Positions 56,744 through 64,000 of a DNA stretch of 64,000 nt are shown piece after piece; the first letter of the stretch is position 1; each line of letters starts with the position of its first letter. The position numbers and the translations under genes are program-made. This DNA is from a virus, in IMG/VR virus record IMGVR_UViG_3300037108_000012, positions 8,888 through 72,887 of that record, one strand, 5' to 3'. The notes under the pieces were generated by a model that was not told where the DNA came from, made no database searches, and was given only the letters and a program-made list of their open reading frames with translations.

Positions 56744-58441
56744 ATGGGACAAAACAGCATACCAAGTAAAGAGCCGTGGCAGACTCCTCAGCAATACGAT
56801 GCGATACTGCAACGTAAACAGCAAGAGTACGAGGATCGTCATAATGACCTGCGCAACAGGATAACCAATATAGGAACTAAACTTGCGTCTGTTGATCCGA
56901 AAACGAATCCAGAAGATTACCAAAAGATAAATACTGACCTTTTTAAAGCGCACAAGGAATATCAAGACTTTATTGATCCTACAAAGAACCCTGGAGTGTT
57001 TGAGAGGGTAAAACATTTAGTACGACTAGGACCGGGAGCACAATCACCTTTTTCCTCTGCGACTGCGGGTGCGGCTAGTGATTTAGGATTAGACACAAAA
57101 AAGAAACTTTATCCTAGCCAGATGAAACAAGAGGCAGAGAAATTAAGAAGAGCATCGGGTGAGGTACAAGAGGACATAGCGGCAGGACCACTGTCTCCAG
57201 AGCAGCAAGCAGGAGTAGATGCAAGAGGAACGCTTGCAAAGTTTAACGCAGACTTGGAAAACCATAAGACGATGAATCCTCACGCTTATGGTCCTGACGC
57301 GACACCAGAAGAGAAGCAGATGGTAGAGGACTACAGGAATGAGAGGGTGCAATATTACGGTCAGGGGATTAAGCCCGTACAGCCGAAAGAATCTGACGAG
57401 TATTGGACCGACGTAAAAGGAGCAGTTTCACAAGAATATCCAAAAGGATCAGGAAAGTACAGGATAGAGCAGACGAACAAAAAAGGAGAAAGGCATTGGA
57501 AGGATGAGCCGGAAGGTTATACTCCATCTGCTCCTAAAGTAAAGCCAAACAACACCGCGAAGATGATAGGTTTGGATTCATACGCAAAGTCTCACGGATA
57601 CCCTTCATTTAATGATATTCCAGATGAGTATCGTGAGGAGGTAAACGACTATGAGATTAGGAAAGAGGCGTTAGATCATGCAATTCCTAAGTCTATAACT
57701 TCGACTAGGATTATGCCTGACGCAAATGGAGTACCACAAACTGTAACTATCACTAATTACACTACGCCAGGAGGAAACGTACAACTCATTGATCCTATGC
57801 CTGTTAAGAAAGTAAGCGAACAACCCGAAGTAGGTTCTAGTCAGCCATCTACTCCATCGAATCCTGTGGTTCATGGGAGCAACAAGGGAAATAGTAAGAC
57901 AGCAACGCTACCTCCATCGGGAAGCGGAAATGTCAAAGTTGGGGCACCTCTTCCTTTTCAGATGAAGACACCCGCAATAGCAAAGGCTCAAAACGATATT
58001 GTGGATGCAACGAAAGTGTACTCTATTGCAAAGCAGGTAGAGGCAAAACCAAACGATGCTTTTAATCAAAAAAGACTTGCTGTTCAACTTGAAAGGGCAA
58101 GCGCAGGTAGATTTACGGTTCAAGCTCTTGATTATGTAAAAAAAATGGGATGGGGAGCCACTTTACAGGAGTGGGCTAGCAAACCTACCACTGGAGCCTT
58201 ATCCCCTCAACTAGTGCGACAGTTGATAGATGGAGCACACGAGAATTTAATAGCAGCGCAAGAATCATTAAAGGCTGCTCTTACACCTGTTTCTCCTAGT
58301 GGTAACACAACTCCTCAAAGCGGAGGCGATATGATTACCATGAAATTAGCAGACGGTAGAACGGGACCGATTCACAAATCTCAAAAATCCAAATTTATAG
58401 CGGATAATCCCGGAGCGGTGGAGGTAACAGGTGGCCGATAA
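56744..58441 (+). CDS. putative internal virion/ejection protein
   Basis: large hydrophilic ORF in the ejection-gene position. Confidence 0.6.
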   Translation: MGQNSIPSKEPWQTPQQYDAILQRKQQEYEDRHNDLRNRITNIGTKLASVDPKTNPEDYQKINTDLFKAHKEYQDFIDPTKNPGVFERVKHLVRLGPGAQSPFSSATAGAASDLGLDTKKKLYPSQMKQEAEKLRRASGEVQEDIAAGPLSPEQQAGVDARGTLAKFNADLENHKTMNPHAYGPDATPEEKQMVEDYRNERVQYYGQGIKPVQPKESDEYWTDVKGAVSQEYPKGSGKYRIEQTNKKGERHWKDEPEGYTPSAPKVKPNNTAKMIGLDSYAKSHGYPSFNDIPDEYREEVNDYEIRKEALDHAIPKSITSTRIMPDANGVPQTVTITNYTTPGGNVQLIDPMPVKKVSEQPEVGSSQPSTPSNPVVHGSNKGNSKTATLPPSGSGNVKVGAPLPFQMKTPAIAKAQNDIVDATKVYSIAKQVEAKPNDAFNQKRLAVQLERASAGRFTVQALDYVKKMGWGATLQEWASKPTTGALSPQLVRQLIDGAHENLIAAQESLKAALTPVSPSGNTTPQSGGDMITMKLADGRTGPIHKSQKSKFIADNPGAVEVTGGR

Positions 58442-61181
58442 AAAAGACCCATTTGCCGCATATCAGAAGCCTCTTAAATCTAGCGGGAATGATCCATTCT
58501 CTGCGTATCAAAAGCCAGCTATGGATTTCACTCCAACTCCCGGTATGGGAACATATCGTATGCTCCCCTCTTCTCAACAGGGTTATACGGACGGGTCAAA
58601 AGAAATCCAAGTTTCATACGATAAGGTGAACGATGCTCTAAAGTCTGGATTACGTTTGCATCCTGACGAAGAGAAGCGTTTCAAAGATGACTCAACCCAT
58701 GAAGGACAAGGACCGTCTTTGTGGGAGAAAACTAAGAAGTTTTACGATGAGCAAACCACTCCTATTCCCGATTACGAACAGAGACCTATTGATCCTAAGC
58801 ATCCGATAACGTCTACGTTGGGTAGACTAGGAGATGCGAGTGCAAACGTAGGGTTAATGGTTCCAAACACGGCACGCGCCGCAGTAAGAGGAGTGGTAGG
58901 ACTGTTTTCTATTCTCCCTCAATCCAAGGATATTATAGAAAAAGTCCGTAATGGCGATCCTTCTGCGTTTAACGATCTTGCAGAATTCTATCCTCCAAGA
59001 ATTGCGTACAATATGTTAGATCAGTATAAAAACGACGCAAATACTGTTGGACCTACGCAAGCATTGTCAAACCTGACTGGAAATATGACGGCTCTTTATG
59101 TGGGAGGAAAGGCTGGAGGGAAGCTAGGAGAAAAGGTTAAGGAAACTGCATCTCATCCTGCTGAGGCATTGAACAACGTAAAAACAAAAGCGGCGAATAT
59201 AAAAGACGTACCGGGAAATCTTGTACGTAAAACAGCCGAGATAGTTACAAACACACAACCAAGGAACGTAAAGGATTTAGGAAAAAAAGCATGGAGTGAC
59301 GCATTAGAGCATAAGAATGCAACAGCAGAAGAGTTGGGTAAGAGATCAGATACTCACGATGCTGAGGTTAAGGCTGTTAAGGAACATAATGCGCGTGTGG
59401 CTGAAAAACATAAGATTACATCTGAAAAGATAGAGAGAGAAAGAGAAGCAGCCGAACATGAATTAGACCTTCGTCGTTCGGAAGAGTTGAATTTACACAA
59501 ATCCTCAGAAGTTCTTGACCAGAAAATAGAGGGGGCTAAGAAAACTGCAACTGCTCGTGTAAATAAAGCATTTGATGGAGTGCGTAACGCTACTGGTGGT
59601 AGAAAGACACCTTTAGCTCCTGTAAAAGCGGTTGTAGAAGTAGCCAAAGGTCAAGCAGACCCAGTATCGTCTCCTATTTTCAAAAGCATTATAAATGAAG
59701 GAGATGAAGTTAGCAGTAAAGATGGAGTCCTAGTTGTTAATGGAATTTACCGTCCAGTGTTTTCGGGAGGAAAACAGGTTCTATTTGATGACCCTAATTT
59801 CGCAGACGCTTACGAGGCGCAATACAAAGAACCAGCGCCTTTAGTCGGAGGAGAGACGGATTTTAATCGCCTTCAACGCTGGTACACGTATCTTGGAGAT
59901 AAGATATATAACGGAGGACGGTTAGAGGCAGGAACGTACAACGCACTAAAGATGACAAGAGATGCTATCGGTGATGCAATGCGCTCTATAACCGATGCTT
60001 CCGGTGATGTTCCTGATCCTAACGATCCTAATAAAACAGTATCCGTAACAAGTTTATGGGATAATGCTCGTAAACTTAACACAGAGAAGATGGAAGCATT
60101 CTCCGATTCTCCGAATGAGCCTCCAACAGTTGCGAGTAAAGCGCAGAGTAAATCAACTCCTAAGTTCGTTGAGGAAAAATCGCAAGCGGAAAGATTAAAG
60201 AAAATTGCACAAGCAGGAAACGATCCTTCGATTGTTGACCATGCTGAAAACATTGAGAAAATAAAAAAACGTCTAAAGATGACGAAGGACGAAGAGCAAC
60301 TTCGCGCACGGCTCCCGCGTTCTATTCCTCCACCGAGTTTAGATCATCCAGAGGAAACGTATCGCCTAAAACCAGAACCAGAACCGTTTACTGGTAGGCC
60401 AACGGAAAGAGATGAGCCAACAGGAGAAAGAAAGCATGATGAATCTGGAAAGACGGTGTGGGCGGAGGATAAATTAAAAGACAGGATAAAACCTGTTAGT
60501 ATTTCTGAGGATGATGCTAGTAAAATTGCAAAGTCTGCGGATGAATTTAGGAAAATGGGAATCCGACGTGCTTTATTTGCTGGTTTGACCGGACTTGCTT
60601 TTTCGGCTACCACGTTTTTTAATGGCGTCGGAATGGAGCACTCGGCATTGGGTGGATTAGGAGCAGCAGGCGCAGTGCTTATGGGTTCTGACTGGATCGC
60701 AAATTTGCTAGATAGACCAGATTTCGTAAAATGGATGTCTAAGGTAACTCCAGCAAAAATAGAAGAGTTTAATAAACTACCGCCTGAGCAAAAAGCTCTA
60801 TTTACTGAGGATATGAGGAAAATTGCAGATGGGGCTAGGAAGAAAGGTATAAAAGTATCCCCAGATTTGGATCAGTGGTTGATGATGGATAAAGAAAGAT
60901 CGATAGGAGAAGGTAGAATTGCAGGCGCTAGTGCGGCAGGAGCCTCACAAAAGAAGAGAAATGATTTAGTAGACGAATGGAACAAAGCACATCCTGATAA
61001 GCAGGTAACGCTTCCACAGCCTAGTACGTCACCATCGTCTACAGAGGCTCCACAGACAATGGGAGGACAGTCGAGTGTCCAAGGACCGCAATCGTCTACG
61101 AAACCCATGACGCGACAGGATGTGTTGGCAAGGGCGGCTGAGTTGCAAGAGCAGTTTAGAAAATCGGGGGTAGCAAGTTGA
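58431..61181 (+). CDS. putative internal virion/ejection protein with hydrophobic hairpin
   Basis: DPF.AYQKP x2 at the N-terminus; hydrophobic segments near the C-terminus. Confidence 0.6.
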   Translation: MADKKDPFAAYQKPLKSSGNDPFSAYQKPAMDFTPTPGMGTYRMLPSSQQGYTDGSKEIQVSYDKVNDALKSGLRLHPDEEKRFKDDSTHEGQGPSLWEKTKKFYDEQTTPIPDYEQRPIDPKHPITSTLGRLGDASANVGLMVPNTARAAVRGVVGLFSILPQSKDIIEKVRNGDPSAFNDLAEFYPPRIAYNMLDQYKNDANTVGPTQALSNLTGNMTALYVGGKAGGKLGEKVKETASHPAEALNNVKTKAANIKDVPGNLVRKTAEIVTNTQPRNVKDLGKKAWSDALEHKNATAEELGKRSDTHDAEVKAVKEHNARVAEKHKITSEKIEREREAAEHELDLRRSEELNLHKSSEVLDQKIEGAKKTATARVNKAFDGVRNATGGRKTPLAPVKAVVEVAKGQADPVSSPIFKSIINEGDEVSSKDGVLVVNGIYRPVFSGGKQVLFDDPNFADAYEAQYKEPAPLVGGETDFNRLQRWYTYLGDKIYNGGRLEAGTYNALKMTRDAIGDAMRSITDASGDVPDPNDPNKTVSVTSLWDNARKLNTEKMEAFSDSPNEPPTVASKAQSKSTPKFVEEKSQAERLKKIAQAGNDPSIVDHAENIEKIKKRLKMTKDEEQLRARLPRSIPPPSLDHPEETYRLKPEPEPFTGRPTERDEPTGERKHDESGKTVWAEDKLKDRIKPVSISEDDASKIAKSADEFRKMGIRRALFAGLTGLAFSATTFFNGVGMEHSALGGLGAAGAVLMGSDWIANLLDRPDFVKWMSKVTPAKIEEFNKLPPEQKALFTEDMRKIADGARKKGIKVSPDLDQWLMMDKERSIGEGRIAGASAAGASQKKRNDLVDEWNKAHPDKQVTLPQPSTSPSSTEAPQTMGGQSSVQGPQSSTKPMTRQDVLARAAELQEQFRKSGVAS

Positions 61182-61387
61182 TTGAGCTAGCAGAAGGAAT
61201 CTGGATTGATCCATTTTCGGTAGCGGTGATTAAGTCGGCAGATGAGGGATCGTGTGTTCTATGGACGAGAGGTCAGAGTGCGCTGGACGGTCATATTATT
61301 CCGTATTCGGGAGAGGATGTTTCTCAGGCGATAAACGATGCTCTTGAGGATAGCGGGGAAGAACTAGACACAGAAGATGTAGAATAA
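61178..61387 (+). CDS. hypothetical acidic protein
   Basis: 69-aa ORF overlapping the upstream stop. Confidence 0.55.
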   Translation: MIELAEGIWIDPFSVAVIKSADEGSCVLWTRGQSALDGHIIPYSGEDVSQAINDALEDSGEELDTEDVE

Positions 61388-61391
61388 TAAT

Positions 61392-62312
61392 ATGTACAGC
61401 GCACAACTCCTAACCGAATACGAACACTGCAATCGCGCCGGAGTATGGTCACGAGACTGGAAGAAATGGAAAATCAAAGATACAGAAATGATTCAGCGTT
61501 CAATACGCGCTGGATTACTTTCTGACCGTCCTGATTTTAATGTCGCGTCAGGCGAAGAAACAATGACTCTGAGCGCGGAACCTGGATTAGAAACCAAAGA
61601 ATACAACGTGTTCGATCAGTGCGTACATTTAGCTTCGCTTTCTGATATTTTATCCTATGCGATTAGGAAACCCTCAGAGAAGCCTTGGTTAATTCCAGAG
61701 GATGTAAGGATAGGAGACGGTACTACGTGGCGTAGCGCGGCCTATATGGACCCAACAGGAACATATCTAAGGCGAATAGCGGTTGTGAGTAATTGGGGAG
61801 ATGACCGTCATTTTTCCGAATGCAGAGGATATTTTTCAATGGGAGAGATTTGTGCTTACAATCTTCCTATGCAACTGGTCATAGCTGTCATAGGTCAGAG
61901 TAAAAGCGGGAAGCGTCACAGCCCGTTTACAAAAGGAATTCAGCACCCCGTAAATCGAAAATTGAAATTCAAAAAGAAGAATAATCCTAACGAGCCGTTC
62001 AAATCTTCATGGCTCCCTATTTGGCGAGAGGATCACGACGAAATTACTACCGAGTCATGGTTAAATTCAATGCTAGAAGATACAGTATTACCGGACCATC
62101 TTTTCAAGGTAGATATTCCTCTTCCGACTCAGGATGCGCAAAGGAAAATAAAAGATTTGATATGTAAGAAATTAGAGGAAATCGAGACAGCAGACATACT
62201 CCCAGATATGCAAATGTCAACTTGCGATTTTCCACAAGTATGCACACATAGAGTCCATTGTCATTCCGGCAACAACCCTAGCGGGAAGTACGGGTTTGTG
62301 AAGATTGGTTGA
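61392..62312 (+). CDS. Cas4/RecB-like (PD-(D/E)XK fold) protein
   Basis: N-terminal S...L..YEHC.R and C-terminal C.....C.....C Fe-S-type cysteines. Confidence 0.5.
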   Translation: MYSAQLLTEYEHCNRAGVWSRDWKKWKIKDTEMIQRSIRAGLLSDRPDFNVASGEETMTLSAEPGLETKEYNVFDQCVHLASLSDILSYAIRKPSEKPWLIPEDVRIGDGTTWRSAAYMDPTGTYLRRIAVVSNWGDDRHFSECRGYFSMGEICAYNLPMQLVIAVIGQSKSGKRHSPFTKGIQHPVNRKLKFKKKNNPNEPFKSSWLPIWREDHDEITTESWLNSMLEDTVLPDHLFKVDIPLPTQDAQRKIKDLICKKLEEIETADILPDMQMSTCDFPQVCTHRVHCHSGNNPSGKYGFVKIG

Positions 62313-62327
62313 CTGCGATGATGGGTC

Positions 62328-62570
62328 TCATTTGCTCGGCTCCTCTGGTGGCGGATAAAGGTACGCAGTTACAGCGTCCATTGTGTCGCGCCATGTCTTC
62401 ACATCACTTGCGGCGGTAGAAACAGAAACTCTCTGTAGCAGGTTCCGCGCATCGGAAAGCTGCTCTCGAAGGATATTGACGGCAGTTTTCTCATCGGCAA
62501 GCTGGCGCTCAAGTTCGGCGATTCTAACTCGCTCCTCTTTTAGTTCCCACATTTTAGCGTGTGCCATCAC
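62328..62570 (-). CDS. hypothetical coiled-coil protein
   Basis: overlapping minus-strand cluster. Confidence 0.55.
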   Translation of the reverse strand: MMAHAKMWELKEERVRIAELERQLADEKTAVNILREQLSDARNLLQRVSVSTAASDVKTWRDTMDAVTAYLYPPPEEPSK

Positions 62571-62962
62571 TTACCTGCTTTCTGCGCCGCTGCGCGGCGG
62601 GTTAAAAGAATCCCGTCGAAGACGTTAAGCACGTATCTATCGATAACTGGATTCAAAGCCACACAGGCCATTCTTTCACTTGTGCTTATCGGCGCACTCA
62701 GCGCCTCCACCTGTGCTTTGAGCTTGGCGTTCTCCTCTCGAATGTTCAAGAGATTCTGCATTTCGTGATTGAGCGTTTCGCGCTCGGTTGTCAGGCTTGC
62801 AATACGCTCATCACGAGCTTTCTCGCGCATGGCGGACATCCACCGCAACCGCTCTTCGAGTGTCTCAGGACTTGTTAGCCAAAGACCCTCTAAATGCGTT
62901 ACCTGATTACAGGCGACGGCGTAATCAAGCGCCAGATCATTTGGTATCTGTAAATCATCCAT
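62567..62962 (-). CDS. hypothetical protein
   Basis: AGGAGG RBS. Confidence 0.6.
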   Translation of the reverse strand: MDDLQIPNDLALDYAVACNQVTHLEGLWLTSPETLEERLRWMSAMREKARDERIASLTTERETLNHEMQNLLNIREENAKLKAQVEALSAPISTSERMACVALNPVIDRYVLNVFDGILLTRRAAAQKAGK

Positions 62963-63725
62963 TCTGTGCCTCCTTCAGTTGCGCGATCTTTCCAAGGCGC
63001 GCATAGGAAAGTACGTCGTCAGGTTTAACTTCGACCCCATCCACATACAATCGCTTTTCGTGCCGTGAGACGTAGTGGCCGTCCATGATTTCTACGTCTT
63101 CGATTGTCACCCGTTCTTCCGGCGTCTTTGGTTTAGAGGTGAGAATAGAGCAAACAGCTTTTGAGAACCCCACAGGAGGGACACCCCAAAATGGTTTCTG
63201 CGCCGTTGCCTTCTGAATCGCCTCTCGCACCTCCTCCCGCGTGAACGATGCGGGGAGTGGCATATCTGATTTGAGAGTAAATTCCGCCAATATCTTATCC
63301 CTAACGTCGTAGGAGTTCCAGAATACCTCACGCATGAGAACTTTATCGAGTACATCGGTTATCTGCTCCAGCGTGAACCCTTTCGCATGTGTAATTTTAG
63401 CTCGCTCACTAACTAGTAGATCATCCAACGCCTCCATGATCTGAATATCCCCGCCACCATTCGGGTACATTCTGATAGAAGATGCTACAGATGACACCCA
63501 TGAACGACCACTACTCTCTTCCAGCGTAAACCCATCCTTGGGGCGCTTGGCGAGTACAGCGTCGATTCCAAGTCTCGTCGCATAGTGAGTCCAGCTTCCA
63601 CAACTTTCACAAGCTTCAAGCCACTCACTATCACTCAGTGCCCAGTTTGCATGCGTCACTTCAACTTCTTGCTGTCCCACTTGATTCCGTGGAGCTACTA
63701 TCCTTGCGCTTTCGAGTCCTGCCAT
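62955..63725 (-). CDS. hypothetical mosaic phage protein
   Basis: GAGGAGG RBS; repeated GFTLE/FTRE modules. Confidence 0.6.
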   Translation of the reverse strand: MAGLESARIVAPRNQVGQQEVEVTHANWALSDSEWLEACESCGSWTHYATRLGIDAVLAKRPKDGFTLEESSGRSWVSSVASSIRMYPNGGGDIQIMEALDDLLVSERAKITHAKGFTLEQITDVLDKVLMREVFWNSYDVRDKILAEFTLKSDMPLPASFTREEVREAIQKATAQKPFWGVPPVGFSKAVCSILTSKPKTPEERVTIEDVEIMDGHYVSRHEKRLYVDGVEVKPDDVLSYARLGKIAQLKEAQNG

Positions 63726-63769
63726 GATCCCTCCTCAAACCTGACCAAGTTGATGTTTAGCTATCCCAG

Positions 63770-64000
63770 GTGAATTACCCCACGTCTAAAGACGGGGGCT
63801 TCCGGTTTCGTTGGCATCTGCGTTGGTTGAGGACTTGCGTCCCAACTTCCGTCTTACGTTGCCTCCACCGGCTGTAGCGCCAATCCCTGACGCCAGTATC
63901 CGTAGACCTTCGTCCCGGATATTCCTTGCCGCGTTTATGTCGCGGTCATGATGAGTCTTGCAAGATGGGCAAGTCCAAGAGCGTACATCCAATGGCATCT
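63770..64000 (-). mobile_element. tnpB: IS200/IS605-family element: 3' end of tnpB with right end/omega-RNA hairpin
   Basis: [20 protein letters not shown]; right-end hairpin ccccacgtctaaagacggggg and terminal TCAC (63770-63773, minus strand). Confidence 0.88.

Noticed and set aside
1-64000. Stop-codon reassignment
   Set aside because: Long genes are intact under the standard bacterial code; the breaks seen are frameshifts, not in-frame stops

Overview
The window is a 64 kb stretch of a tailed dsDNA phage genome. It looks podovirus-like: terminase, portal, scaffold, major capsid, tail-stabilisation and DNA-ejection-type proteins are present, and I see no tape measure or sheath. No integrase or host genes are visible. 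From left to right: (1) a minus-strand accessory arm (1-5.1 kb) with a 12-aa tandem-repeat protein and a MoxR-AAA / DUF3150-like / metallopeptidase-VWA trio; (2) an approx. 1 kb non-coding divergent region; (3) small genes including HNH, RHH, Dam-like MTase, SprT-like and XRE; (4) TerL with two inteins, portal and the head module with two free LAGLIDADG genes; (5) tail-fibre/spike genes; (6) a lysis module; (7) tail and ejection genes; (8) a Cas4/RecB-like gene; (9) the 3' end of an IS200/IS605 tnpB. The most unusual signals: tail-fibre/spike proteins that carry Sec signal peptides with Gln at +1 and paired cysteines, suggesting periplasmic maturation of virion appendages; a Tat-tagged paralogue of a capsid-associated protein; a solitary type I-C CRISPR repeat downstream of a promoter and a leaderless RHH gene (candidate Racr/Aca module); a tRNA-Cys-like gene with an 11-nt anticodon-loop insertion; a family of Lys/His-rich mini-proteins sharing a V(A/G)GK motif; two 91-bp elements bounded by convergent -10 boxes; and three single-base frameshifts. 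All product calls come from motif recognition by eye, without database searches.
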